From Podarcis liolepis (Eukaryota), in NCBI GenBank assembly GCA_965112155.1, contig OZ218114.1: DNA of 64,000 nucleotides, one strand, 5' to 3'. Position numbers and translations under genes: made by a program. Positions within the stretch are counted from its first letter, which is position 1. The number at the start of each line of letters is the position of its first letter. Below the pieces are notes generated by a model that had not been told where the DNA came from, ran no database searches, and saw only the letters and a list, made by a program, of their open reading frames with translations. Below are positions 38,885 through 52,185 of the stretch, in pieces.

Positions 38885-39745
38885 ACACAGCAGGTATCTT
38901 ATTGCTAAAGAACAACCGGATGCCTCTGGGAAGCCCACAACCAGAGGACAGGAGCAAAAGTCCTCTTCCACTAAGTTCCCCAACTTTCAGAGCCTCTGAC
39001 CTGGAAGGGAGCTGTATATCCATTGTTATCCTCCATGAATTTATCAAATCTCTTTTTAAAGCCATCTAAGTTAGTGGTTGTCACTATGGTCACATCCACA
39101 CCAGATAATTAAAGCAAATTTAAATAACATGTCTTTCCCAAAGGAATCCTGGAAATTGTTGTGTACCCCTCACAGAGCTACAATTCTCAACAGCCTCAAA
39201 AAAAATACAGCTCCTACGATTTTTGATTATTTTTTTTTAGGGGAAGCCAAATGCTTTACATTGCTTTAAATATTTGGTGAAGATGTGAACTACATCTTCT
39301 GGCAGTGAATTCCATAGTACTGTGTGAAGAAGTACTTCAGCTTCTCTATTCTGAATCGCCTTCTGGTCAGTTTCATTGGATGACCCTGAATCAGTGGTGG
39401 AGAGCAGGCGAGGGCGGGGCTGGTGCACGTCTCGGGGCGGAGCACGCTGCCCAGGGGCGCGCCACCTGCGGGGGGTGTGGTGCCCAGCACGGGGGGGGGG
39501 GCATAATGGCACCCTGGGGATCACGCTGCCGGGGGCGGTACGCTCCCCCCACACTCCTCTTCTTCCGCCAGTGCCCTGAATTCTAATATTATGAGAGAAA
39601 GCTCTCTCAATTCACTTTCTCTCCACTGTGCATAAAGTTAAGGACCTCAATCAAGCCCCCTCCTGTCACTATAATTGTGGTTGTCTTATCTGGCACATTT
39701 TCCAGTTCTACACCTCCATTTTGAGATGCAGAACCATACAATGAA
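38885..39745 (-). mobile_element. Old CR1-like 3' end with nested insertions
   Basis: CTCCATGAATTTATCAAATCTCTTTTTAAAGCCATC and GGCAGTGAATTCCATAG...TGTGTGAAGAAGTACTT resemble CR1 3' segments. Confidence 0.6.
39392..39573. mobile_element. GC-rich hAT MITE
   Basis: Perfect 8-bp TSD CCCTGAAT (39384-91 and 39574-81); imperfect TIR CAGTGGTGGAG / TTCCGCCAGTG. Confidence 0.85.
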
Positions 39746-39790
39746 TAGATTCTCCCAGAGTGGCTGGGGAAACCCAGTCAGATGGGCAGG

Positions 39791-39843
<53 letters not shown>

Positions 39844-40371
39844 TTCCTTAGTTCCTTAGTTCAATTCCACCATTGTTCCTCCTGGCTCACACTGCCTGCA
39901 CACTCCCAACCAGCCGAAGATGATGAGCTCTTCCAGGGTCTTGATCTGTCGTCTTCCGAGGGCTGAATGAGGCGCGGAGGCTGCCACAGCCGCTTGAATG
40001 CAGCTAAGCCCCTCCCCCAGACCAGCCCTACTGGCTGGCCAGCCAAGGGGGCAGCGCGGCAGCTGGGAGATGACGCAGGGGACCAAACATGCCCCCCTGC
40101 TGCCGCGGGAACGGGTCCCGCTCACAATACCTCCCCTCTGTGAGGAGGAGGAGGAGAGGCTTTGTTTGATCAACGTGCAGAGGGGAGGCAGAAGAAATGG
40201 AAAGAAATTACTCCTGTGGCAAACTCTGCAGGTGCAACAGTCTCCACAGTGTGCAGAAATCAAAGCAGAACAACTGCATGTTCCAGAGGGTTTTGTTGTG
40301 TGTCAAGAACCCATGTCCCCACATCATGTTGAATAATAACACATGGACACTATATTTTAGGTTAATGGGCA

Positions 40372-41040
40372 AAATTTAGGCCACAACTTTATTGGTTATA
40401 GAATGTGAGTGGTATTGGCTTAGGCACTGGAATTGAACTGACTATATCTGACTCCTGCCCACCTGCAGGAAGTCCCACAAGGGTTTACCACCAGTAGGGG
40501 GAGCCCTGCTGATGCACACCAACTAGGATCTCCCCCAGGGTCACTGATAGGGGTCATGCCATGGCCCTAGCCACTGTCTGGGCTTCGGACAGAGACTATG
40601 CCCCTCAGATTCCTTTAACAGAATACCCTTTAGCATGGAGGGGCAGGTGATGGCCACACCTCCCCTCCCCTGAACAAGGTTTTACCAATGCCTAACCATC
40701 AAACATTACAAAGTTGTGGCATTTGTTACGAGGCAGGCGAAAACTAAATGGCCAGTGCCAATTTGCCAAGTGGAAAAGTTCCTACCAGGCCCCTCAACGG
40801 CGACCAACCAAGGTCCATAGCAAGGCCAATATAGTCAATGCATGAAAAGAGGGCGGGAGGGCAGGAGATCTGTGGAAGCTGGAACAAGAGGGAGGTCCCC
40901 TTGCCGCGCTGCGGTTTAAAAGGGGGGTAAGCCCCCCCCGGCCAGCTGGGTTTGGAGGGCCGGGGGCCATATCGCGGGGCTTCGCCGGCCCCCGATGTGT
41001 GTGGAGGCCACGTGATCCAGCCGCAACACCATCCCACTCG
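40372..41040 (-). mobile_element. Probable DIRS/Ngaro-like (tyrosine-recombinase retrotransposon) terminal remnant
   Basis: CpG-rich block ending in AATAAAGTTGTGGCC on the minus strand, with an internal inverted partial copy of that end at 40684-40720; no coding domain. Confidence 0.45.
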
Positions 41041-41461
41041 GAAGTGGAATGGCTTTCTAAAGCTAATCCTGAATGCTGAGTTGAGGTGATGTTGGGTTTG
41101 TCCAAAGCAAGGCAGGGATGGTGAAGCCCTTCATGGTGCCTTGGTGGACCAGATTTTGTTTTTTTTAAAAAAAAACAAACCCTGCAGAAAAGCATCTGCT
41201 AAAAGTGAAACTATATCTCTAAGCTTCCCATAGAAGGAAGAGGCTAAAGTGGAGAAGAGGAGTAGAGGAAAGGGAACAGCTTTGCAAAACTGAAACGTAC
41301 ACCTCTATCTAATGTAAAAAATCCAGGATCAGCAGGGGGAATGGGGAGCTCCTTTGCAAATTACAGGTCTACACTGTAATGACAGGAAATGGTTTTACCA
41401 GCATTCTCCTATCCCAATGTTTTGAGGAAGGGAGCAGATTTTCAGGAGTGAAACCTAAGTC

Positions 41462-41718
41462 AACAACAACACCAAAACTAATTGGACAGTTACGATGAGA
41501 GTGCATGTCGGACCTCGTCTTCAGTTTTCCTTTTTCTGTGATCCGTCCCTTGGAGCTCTCCGGGCCCCTAGCTGTTATTTGGCTCTGCTCATTGACCCAC
41601 CCTTGCATCGTGGTGTTCACCCTCTGGTGTCGAATATATCGGTCCTTATGCCTCTGTGCTTTTATGTTTGTACATATTTTATGGGCTAATAGCCGTAAAT
41701 AAACAAATAAACAAATAA
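41462..41718 (+). mobile_element. 5'-truncated non-LTR retroposon 3' end, family unassigned
   Basis: 11-bp TSD AAACCTAAGTC (41451-61 and 41719-29); (TAAACAAA)n tail; CpGs retained. Confidence 0.8.
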
Positions 41719-42259
41719 AAACCTAAGTCTTTAAGCTTACAGAAGACAACAAGATGGGATTAAGGATGGGGCAGCGGGGAAAGCTCCTTTGCAATTGACT
41801 GGGCTACTGTTGCTTATAATCAGACAGAATTATTTTACCTGAAAAGCAGACATCTTTTATTTCCTCCCACCTCAAAATCAAATTTTCTTTACTTTTTTTT
41901 TTAGGTTTTACCCCTTATGGTTGTGAAAAGGGGGCTCTTTAATGTTGCCTCTAGCTGCATGGGAGCCGTAACTGCCATATAGCTAAAGTAATATCAAAGG
42001 CTGCAATCCTATACACATGAAAGAAGAATCTCCTGGTGTGTTAAGTTGTGGGTGAACATATCATACGGCACAGCGATTCTTCAAACAGGCCAGAACAGAA
42101 CAGAACTGAAGGGTTCAGTCAGCCTGCTTATATAGAGCTCCAGTACAACGTAACTGTAACAATTTTCTAAAACTATCCAATCACTGAACGTCACTTTTGA
42201 TCCCTTATTTGCATAACTATCTACAGTATCCCCCTGCTGGCCGAGGGTGAGAACTTCAG

Positions 42260-43311
42260 TACATAACATGGTGGATCAGACCAAAGGCTCATTTAGTTCA
42301 GCACTCCGTTCTCACTAGATGCTTATGGGAATCCTGGAAGCAAGACATTAGCACAACAGTGCTTTCCCACTTGTGCTCCTCAGCATACTACTTCTGTTGC
42401 TGAAGGAGGAGCATAGTCACTGGGGCTACAAGGCATTGATAGCCTTGTTTTCCATGTATTTGTCCAAACCTCTTTTAAGGTGGTGGGCATCACTACATCT
42501 TGTGGCATAAAACAGGAGTTATGTCTACCCCAGGATCATGTTGGTTGCCCTTTCCTGAACCATTTCCACCTCTACAATATCTTTTTGGGGATGCGGTGGC
42601 TACCACTGCACACAGTATCCCTAATGTGGTCACACCATAGATTGCTAGAATGCTATCGTGCTATTGGCAGCCTTGTTTTCAAATCCTTTTGTAACATGGA
42701 CTTGACCTTTTTCACAGCTGCCACACTCTGGGTCAACATTTTTACTGAATTATCATGACTTCTCTTTCCTGGTCAGTCACCACTAGTTCAGGCACCATCA
42801 GTGTGAGTGTGAAATTAGAATTTTTTGCCTCACTTGTTTAGATTGGAATCATATTTCTCATTTTAATTCAATTCACTCAGTTTTGAGAGGTTCTTTGGGG
42901 TTCCTCTCAATCCCAGCTCACCATTCAGCCCAATTATTTATGAACAAATTAAAACACAGAGATCCCAATGACAGTCTTGGACAGATTCCACTACATCCCT
43001 CCACTGTCAAAACTCTCCATTTATTTCTGCTCTCTTCTTCCTGTTACTGATCCTATGAGAACCAATTCTCATGCCCCATGACTGTTCATCTTACTTAGGG
43101 ACATTTTCAGAAATCCAAGTACACAATGTCTATCCATTTGCTTACTTACCCACTCAGAACACTAAAGGTTAGTTAGATGAGAGTTGAGGAAGCTATGCTG
43201 GCAAGACTTATTCTTCTATATGTTTGGTAATTCTATCTTTGACAAAGCTTTTCACCAGTTTTATCAGAAAGATATTAAACTAACTGACCTGTAATGTCTC
43301 ACCTCAATTCC

Positions 43312-43355
<44 letters not shown>

Positions 43356-43500
43356 TGTTATTGGTCAGGTATGGGTATTAATCTTAAGGTATGGATATTT
43401 ATCTTACTTTTTTTTGTAAGAAAATCACCAATTTCACATTTGGGTTAAGAACTTCTTTAATGCCATCTGGACCTGGTGGTTTGTTCATTTTTTATTTGTC
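42260..43500 (-). mobile_element. Highly degraded CR1 LINE with internal (AAT)n
   Basis: CR1-like blocks, e.g. CACACAGTATCCCTAATGTGGTCACACCATAGATT, TTTTCAGAAATCCAAGTACACAATGTC (DIVYLDF*K on minus) and GCCATCTGGACCTGG. Confidence 0.65.
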
Positions 43501-43539
43501 AGTACAGCCTAGAGCTTTTTTTGCAAATCAAGAAAATAT

Positions 43540-43540
<1 letters not shown>

Positions 43541-43591
<51 letters not shown>
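43541..43591. repeat. (TAA)n microsatellite
   Basis: Direct reading; another tract at 43312-43353. Confidence 0.95.
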
Positions 43592-43592
<1 letters not shown>

Positions 43593-45744
43593 TTATGAAA
43601 AAAGAAAGGGGGAGAAGGAAGACAAGATACTCCAGACCTCAAAAATCCACGGAGAAATTCAGAGGAGAATTTTGGAAGCACCCATATTCCATAGGCCAAT
43701 ATGCATTCATTAAAGAATAAAAAGCTAACCCTGTGTGGGAATATTCTCAAACCTGTGTGTCCCACTTTCAGAAAGAGAATTTCTGGCTTTAACAGCTGAC
43801 AAAACTGTTCTTGGCCCACAGAAGGGAAACCTGCTCTCTGGGAGAATCTTATGCTGACTGAAAGAATGCTTTGTCTTCTCAAGATGAACTTAATTCATTC
43901 CAAAAGGTGCCTGTCATACTGCGCATTAATGCTGTACTCGCATTCCCGCCACAAAATGTGTTGCTTTCATGTGCCAATAGATTTCATCATTGTGCATTTG
44001 GGTGGAGCTGGGACTCTGCTCCAAAGTGAACATTTCCCCTGTGACATAAGAGAGCCCAGTCAGATGCACTTCATTATTTTCTCTTAAACAATGGAAATAA
44101 ATTTTAATCTCTTGCTGGCCAGCCCAGACCACACTTCAGTGGCAAGGGAATAAGGCTGAATTATTCCAGTGTCTGAAATATTTACGAGAAGATTTTAAAT
44201 TGTAACCAAATGTAAATCAAAACGTATATTATTGCACATACATAACACACACACACACAATTCGAACCATGCACAAGCAGAGACTATATATTATACACAC
44301 CCAATGGGATAGAGGTATAAACTTATATATACACCGGAAGCATACAGTCGACCACAGATCATTCTAGCATATTTTTACATATATGTGTGTGTGTGTGCTT
44401 AATTTAATATGACTGGAGGTAGCAGTGGCAGAAGGTATCAAAAACAATCATGTAGTGGGAGATTTGGGGCCAGAGAAGATGTGATGTGGCAGCCATGTTT
44501 GTTTTCTCATGGTTCTGCCTCATTTTTCATATAAAGTAAGGTGAGGAAATATATTATTTTTTACAACAAAAACTGCATGTGGAGGAGGAAACCTGACTGC
44601 CCCACTGCCTTATTGCAGGCTTGGATCCTTTGAGCTCTTCCCTCCCCAGCTTGGTTCTCACCCAGTATCTCAGTGCCAAACTAGGAATGGTCCATTTTTT
44701 TTGATCTTCTGTGGGTGTGCTTCCCACCACCATGACAAAAAAAAAGAAACATCTCTCAGCAGTTTCCATAAATTAGCATAAAATAGTCACAAAAAATACA
44801 GATAAAATCCACAAAATTCAAAAACAAGTATAAATAATAAAATGGTAAATAATACTAAGCATCATCTCCCTGACGTTAATAGATCTATTCATTTACTACG
44901 CATTATAATTTATTTCAACATTATCCCAATTGTCTTGGATTTAGGGGGCTGGGGAGTTTCTCTTACCCCACACCTACACAGAATAATCTAGATAACGTTG
45001 AAATAAATAATTAGTAAATTAATTCACATTTTTGCAGTCTCTTACATACTATGGACGGTGTCCAAAGAACTCTTCTACTAGCACAAGTTATGCTTGTGCA
45101 GCAGAAATTTATCCGCTTCTCCTCCTCCCCATGAAACCCAGGACCCTTCCCAAATCTGCTCCAGAGGGTGTGGAGGAGCTCCAGAAGAGATCTGGGGTAG
45201 CGTGGGGGAGGGGAGAAGTGTGCTACCATGATGGGTTCCTTAGCAATATACTGGATACAACCCTATGCACTAGGCCCAAATATACATATATGTGAACAGC
45301 CCAGGTACACCTAACTGTGTATATTCCATATCTGCACTCTCAAACCTTGGCAGTAGTACTCTAGGACAGCAAGGGAAATGTTTAACAAACATACCTTTCA
45401 AACTGCCAAATCAGCAGTCCCTGGCATATGTTGGTTCTAACATGTTTGTTACCGTTACAGCCATCATTACCATATGACATTCACAGCTCATAGTATGTGT
45501 GTCCACCAGAACAGTACACAAATATGGTGTGTATTGCAACAAAAATAACAAAACAGATTCCAGCCTTTGCTTCTTGTAGTTTGGGCAACTAGAAGAAAAT
45601 GGAGTATTCTGTAACATGGCATGGCTGATTGGAATCTTGAAAAACAACACTCCACATTGCAATATTTTGTTGCATATCCCAAGTGATCACTAAGTATGGA
45701 ACATCCACACCCAGAGCTAGTATGCCTCTGATTAGAGGAACTGT

Positions 45745-46077
45745 ACCTAGGGCTGACCCAAGGCATTTTGGCACCTGAGGTGAACCACAAAATGGCAACA
45801 TGCCCCCCCTGGACCAGGGAAGAAGGGTGAGTGAAGAACAAAAGGGGAATAAAGATCTACATCAGGAAAAAGGGTGGGAGGAGACCAGCAGCACCTCCTA
45901 GTCACCAAGAATGCTGGCAAGGAGTAGGCAGATGCAGCCTCCAACAGCCTTAGCTGTTGCTGCCACCGCAGCCGCAGCAGTGGGCAATGTATTCCTTGGA
46001 GGCCAGATCTGCTGGCCCTGTGGATCCTGCCGCTTGAGGTGGTCCCTCACCTTGTTTCATGGATGGGTCAACTCTGA
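45745..46077. mobile_element. Old hAT-like MITE (CAGGGCCGGCCC-type ends)
   Basis: TAGGGCTGACCCAAGGCATTTTGGCACCTGAGG ... GATGGGTCAACTCTG; an inverted relative ends near 31500-31550. Confidence 0.5.
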
Positions 46078-48439
46078 GTGTACCTCTAATTGTTGGATAC
46101 TAGGGGCAAACTAGTGCTGTGCCAAGATCTGTCTTCTGGTTTCTCAAAAGTTTTCTTCCTCTGTGCAAGAGGCTTCCATTTATGTACCTCATGGGCACTT
46201 TGGAACTTCATTGGAAATTTGGTTGGTCTTTAGTGTGGCATGAATTTGTTCTCTGACAGGTGGCCAAGGGTAGTGTATGTGTTTTTCTTTCCATCAGAAA
46301 TTTCTCCAGCACTCTACAGCCTTTTTGGTTGCCCTCACTTTCCATTCTACCCCATGGAATAAGTTACATCATGATGCCTTCCCTGGGTTTGGTTGAAGTG
46401 CAGACTCCCATGAAGGCTGCAGAGTGTAGACCACTGGTGGGATGCTTTACAGAATGAAAGACGAGACACTCACAATGACCCCTTGGCCACTTGCATCCCA
46501 TGAGAATTTCACCAACTTTTTATCTCCCCTTTGATAATTTTCAGGTGAAATTTCTTTTTTCCATTAGTTAATGGAGAATGGTCAGGGGGGAAATGCAGAA
46601 GACATTTTCTGGCACAGGGCTAGAGAGAGTACAAGATGAATCTTCATCATGTTCCACCCAAGCTTTTCCTTCACCATGAATCATTCACCTACTTTAAAAT
46701 ATACCTACTGTAGCTTTCAGTGACTCCTGATACCAGCTGAATGATTCCCGACTACTTTAATAATGATACATTGGTTTTATTGTATATTGAATTCGTTTTG
46801 AATTGCTGTTTTGTATTGAGTTGTTTTATTGTATTCTACCTTGGGATTATTGGAACCACCACAACAACATATTTTACCAACGAAAAGCTGCTTAGCATTA
46901 TGGATAAGAAATTGTTCTTTAATCGAGACATAGATCCACTCAAATCTCATGCCGAAAATAGACCACTGCCAAGCATGTTTTATACTGAAGAGTTAAAAGT
47001 CCATGATTTTTGTGTTTTGTTTTGTTTTTTTTAAAAAAAAGGAAGCGGACATTCCTCTCTCGTCTCCAGCTCCCAGGCCCTCCCCCTTTCACCAGCCAAC
47101 AGCTTTCCCCCAGTGAGCGTTTCCTGGGTCATGGAGGGTGACCCTTTCCATCTGGAATCAATCAGTCAACTCCTGACAACTTCCTGAAACACCTCACTCC
47201 ATTTCCTGTTCTCTCCCCCTTCTCCTTTCCCCCTCGTTCGCTTCACTCTTCAAAACTGCGGGCCGCAGCAACTTAATGTTAGAGGGTCAGGCACAGTTAG
47301 ACTCCAAAACACTACACAAGAAAACCTTTGACCTTCAGAAATCTTTACATCTTAGCTAAACAAATCAAGGTCAATATTTCTTACCATTATCTTGTTAACC
47401 ATTTAGGTGCTTTGCCCCTCCCTTCTTTTGCCAATGCCCTCCTGATGGCATATCCATCAATACCACTTGTTCACCCATTATCATAAAACATGACATGCTT
47501 TTGTTTTCTTTAAGGGTATTTAAGGCTGGTGAAAGGCATTGGGCTGACATCCCTGGAGATCTAGGTCTGTTAGTATAACTGTTGAGCACCATAGGCAAGT
47601 ATCGCTTGTATAGCTAAGCAAGAAGTCAGGCTAAGGCCTTCCTGAAAGACACTTTTCTAGTTTGGGTTCGCTTTTGCCAGCCAAGATTAAACACTGGTGG
47701 CATGAATTTCATTCTTATGTTGTAAATATGCACTTAATACAGTGGCTGAGTGGATATACACTTAATACAGTTGCATCCAAGAGTGCATATCTCATTACAA
47801 CTTATCTGTTCACACTTACCTGTTCATTACTTGCTGGTTTTAAGATTAAAATAAGTCTATGCATGCAGCAGAATGAGGTTGTAATCAGGTGATCAGGGTC
47901 TAAGAGGGTATAGTTGCTTGTCTCTCTCTAGAGTAATTGCCAACATTATTCTCTAAATAATGGGACCTCACAGGTGTCTGTTTTGGTCCTTAAAATTTCT
48001 TCTTCTTTCTGCAAAGCATGTAGGAATCATTTATTTGCTCTCAGACTGATTGCCACACAGGCACCTGAGTTTGCTATTAGTGAGGGCCACTGTGAGAACC
48101 AGCACTAATTGAAATATAATGGTGTCATGAATGTACTCCAAGGATATTCTTCTGCTAGAATTGTTCTGAGGTTTGTGTTCCCAATGAGTGTCCAGAATTT
48201 GTGCAGCCTATCTCATCCCTCAGTGAAATGGTGGGGGTGGAATCCTGTTATGGTTCCAAGAGAGGGGTGGGGATCCTTTATAGCACCGGACATCTGGAAA
48301 TAATACGAAATTCATGATGTACTTTCCCTTATAACTGCTCAGTTACACTAACATATTTTTCTAGTTTGGCAAAAGTTGCTATGCTATTAAATTTTTAATA
48401 TTTATTATTGTTATTTTCATCATGGGAAGAAGAAAAACA

Positions 48440-48640
48440 AGTCACAGCAGCCTTCCATTCTGCTCTCTCTTTCCATTCAGACAAGCTTCCCGGAAAGTTA
48501 TCCATTGGGGTTCCAGTGTGAAAGGAAGAGATAAATTGACTAATGAATTTGTCTTTGTGAGTGTGCACCAATTTAGTTAACAGGGATTAACTCATTGTTA
48601 ATCCTGCCTAATCACTGAAAGTGATATTTCTCCTTGCTTC
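48440..48640. promoter_or_regulatory. Candidate intronic enhancer (intron 7)
   Basis: TTCCCGGAA (STAT) at 48487-95; GGATTAAC-n5-GTTAATCC at 48584-48604 enclosing CATTGTT (SOX). Confidence 0.45.
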
Positions 48641-49687
48641 TGTCACTGCTCTCTCTTGACAAAGAAAAGTGGCAGGAGCAGGAGGCTTAGGAGGTTAGCA
48701 GTGAGTCCCCTTTCTGGGGTGTGGACCTCAGCAAAAGCCTGATGGTGCCAACCTTGCCGGTGAAGAGTGTAAGATTGAACCAGAAAAGGACAGACAGTTT
48801 GATAAACATAGAAAAGTTTTACATGCATAAAATGATATGGTTTGAATGCATTGCATTTAAAATGCTATGAAATAATTTATGACTCATCACTGGAATCCTA
48901 GAGATCTTTAACAGGAGGAGATGAATCCTGAAAAGTCAGTTGCAGCAGTAGCAGAAGCAAAAGCTCTGTGATGATGATACAAGTATGTTACTCAGGATCT
49001 CTCTCTGGGAACAGAGAGAGAAAAGTTTATTGAACTTTATTAAGGACTAAAAAGAATATGGAATGACATTGCTTAAGAGCAATGTGTGACTTTGTATTAT
49101 GTAACATTTATTTGTAACTGTTTTTCAGTAAATCTTTGAAACTCATCCTTGTGGCGAAGAGCAAATTCATTTCTACTCTACCCAAGGTCCAGATCAGAGA
49201 TTCCACTTGCAACGACTCTAACACAGTTCTAGCTCATTCCTTGTTTCTGCCTTCTGGTTTCCCTATGAGCTAGACCTTTAGCTTGCTTCCTCAGCCTTGT
49301 CATCTGGCTTGTCCTAGTATCCCACAGTTCTTGATTCGGAGCTCCTGGCTAAACTCATGCTGCTGCCCATGGCATAGCTGTGTCAGTCACAGTTTCTCAG
49401 ACTAACTTACCTCAGAGGAAGACATCAGGTGTGCCATAGTGAGCTCCTTGCTAGAATAATATATGCATAAACTACAGTGTGGGTGTTGTGAAAGCACTAT
49501 GTGTTTCGAAAGTGACCGTGCAGGAAAGAATGGGAAGATTCTGTCTCTTCAGCCAATTTGTGTGAATAAATGGGTGAAGGAAACTTTTTAATATATGTAT
49601 CTATAATGTTGAATCAAGTGACAGTGAGAACACTCTAAAGGGTTTGTGATATTCATTCCAGATTATTAAGTCTGTAGTAAGAGAATA

Positions 49688-49908
49688 CAGTCGTACCTTG
49701 GTTGACGAATGCCTTGGGAGTCGAACGTTTTGGCTCCCAAACACCGCAAACCCGGAAGTGAGTGTTCCAGTTTGCAAACGTTCTTTGGAACCCAAACATC
49801 CAACGTGGCTTCCTGCAGCCAATCGGAAGCTGCTCCTTGGTTTCTGAATGTTTTGGAAGTCGAACAGACTTCCAGAACGGATTCCATTCGACTTCTGAGG
49901 TACAATAG
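49688..49908. mobile_element. Tc1/mariner-type MITE (CAGTCGTACCTTGG family)
   Basis: TA-flanked; the interior is the reverse complement of 53330-53579. Confidence 0.85.
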
Positions 49909-51789
49909 TATAACAGAATGTAATTTTTGCTGCTGTGAAACGTGACTAGAGAGGAGCTGAATACACTGAGAAAATGTATTCAGTCTTAAAAATCTCAGAA
50001 AAATCTATCTCCACAGAGCTTTCAAATATGCCTAAGCAGTTTAGAGGATCAGAACTAGATTAATTTAACAACTTGCAGGAAATGTATTTTGCCCCTCACC
50101 CCTCCCGAATTAGAACCATGAAGGAGGAAAAAATAAATGATTTGGGATATCTACAAGATTTGCTCCTGGGCCATATATGTGTGTTGCTGTACATACAGAC
50201 CTCTGGAGTGGGCAGACTGTCCCATTCTGTTCCAGCCATCCCACATATGCAAGGAAGTGTCCATTCAGATAAGCCAGATCCATCTGGAGGAGCTACTCGT
50301 GCATAATATTGTAATAAATCAATGAATTCGGGGAACCATTCATCCCAGTGTGCCTCAATCTACAAATGCTTGTGTAATTACAGTGAGTGTGAATAGTTAA
50401 GATTCATTAAGGGGACACGAGTCATTCAAGTATAGGTCATGTCCATAGATTTCAGTGGATCTACTTTGTGTAGAACTTTGTTGGATACAACCAGGAAATT
50501 ATACATCCTATTCTCAAAGAAGCGTCCTAGAAATAGTCGACTAGTCTTTTTATCATTCAGTCTCAATGCATTTGTGATATTTCCAATTAATTTGATGAAA
50601 CAATGCCTTGTTAGAAAAAGGGGAGGGGGTTTCCACAAAACAATGTCACATCACTGATCACATCTCATGGTAAAGCTACAACACAGAAGGTCTCTGGCTG
50701 GAGAACCGCATTGCAAAGTTCCAAGATGGGTGAGTTTAGAAGGACGGCCGTGCTCCAGTTCATGTACTGTTTGGGAAAGTGCAAATGAGGTAGGTTTACC
50801 TTTAAATGTGAACTGATTTTCTCCCTGGACATGCACTGGCACCTAAAAAGCCTTGTGCCATATCTACATCAGTTACCTTCAAATAGAGGGTTCCCTTCTG
50901 ACAGCGTTTCTAATACTATACAAGGTTACATGAGCACCCTACTACATATATATGACCCTTCTATAACCTGTACATGATCTAGCATAGAGATAAAATTCAC
51001 TCAGATCTTTTTGTTCCCCTCACCTACTTTTCTGTTTCTAAAACTTAATTAAATCAAGAGTTTGAAGAAACACCCCCCTTTATTCCTTCATTCTGTATGT
51101 ACAATGCCTGTATCTTGTTTTAACAAATCTGAAATGGTCTTACATTTTTAGGATTGACAAGTGTCCGTTGTAACCTAAATCGTAATCTCTGGCACTTTAA
51201 TTATCTTTTGCTGATATAGGGCATATGGAAGAAGTTGGATGAAAGATAAAAGAGCATGCATTTTGGGGGCTGCAAAAACTTTACTGATATTTTGAGATGA
51301 TCTTCACACTAAAAACACTTGAATAGAACTCTTATCGGCATCTGTGTGAAACCCTTCAGAAGAGAATAAGTTTTAGTATTTTTTTGCATTCTTTAATAGA
51401 CCATATAGAGTTTTAATGTGGGATCCAGGAATCTCTGGGCATCTACAGTGCATAATGAGTAGCAGTGGAAGGAGCTCAGAAAAAAATACTGAAAGAGTAC
51501 AGGAAAAAATGCAGAAAGAAAAAATACCATATTCACCATCACATTTTTAAAATTCTCTCACAAGGAGAGAATTAAACAAGAAGCACTTAAAGATCGATTT
51601 CCCCTTGCAATCTGAAATGGTACCAGTTATGTTGTGAGGAAGGGTTTTGAAGCTATAGTCAAGAGCCCCACCCAGAAGAAGAAGCAAGCAGATCCTCAAT
51701 GTAGCAGAAATGATTTAACACATTTTGAAGTAAAGTAACACACATTTAAACTGAAAGTGGTGGCCTCATAAGACTATTAAGTCCAATGC

Positions 51790-52185
51790 AGCTGTGCTGA
51801 GGAATTGTACAATCTATTCTACCACCTCCAGATTTTACCACCTCATTTCACTCCATGTGTACACAAAACCTTAACTAATTCCTCTTCAGATTTCAATCCA
51901 AGTTCTGAGCCTCAAACTTTAATAAATCAAAGGTACCCATACTATGCATGCAACTTTACTGGGGGCTGGGGGTGACAAAATGTTACAACAGATGCAACAT
52001 TCAAGGTTAAAAGTGAATTTTTTCAAGTCAGTAGAACATTGTATTTTCAGTGCTTGGCACACATGGGCTGCAACTGAAGTGTCTGCAGCTATAGTGGTAA
52101 ATAAGAAGGCAAGACACAAGGCTGGGTGATCTGGGTCATATTTATTCATTTTCACACAAAAGATCTGCAGTTGGGAACCCAGTAA
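51790..52185. repeat. Interspersed repeat, inverted partner of 57135-57530
   Basis: For example 51802-51825 matches the reverse complement of 57492-57515 at 23/24 positions; colinear over about 390 bp. Confidence 0.85.
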
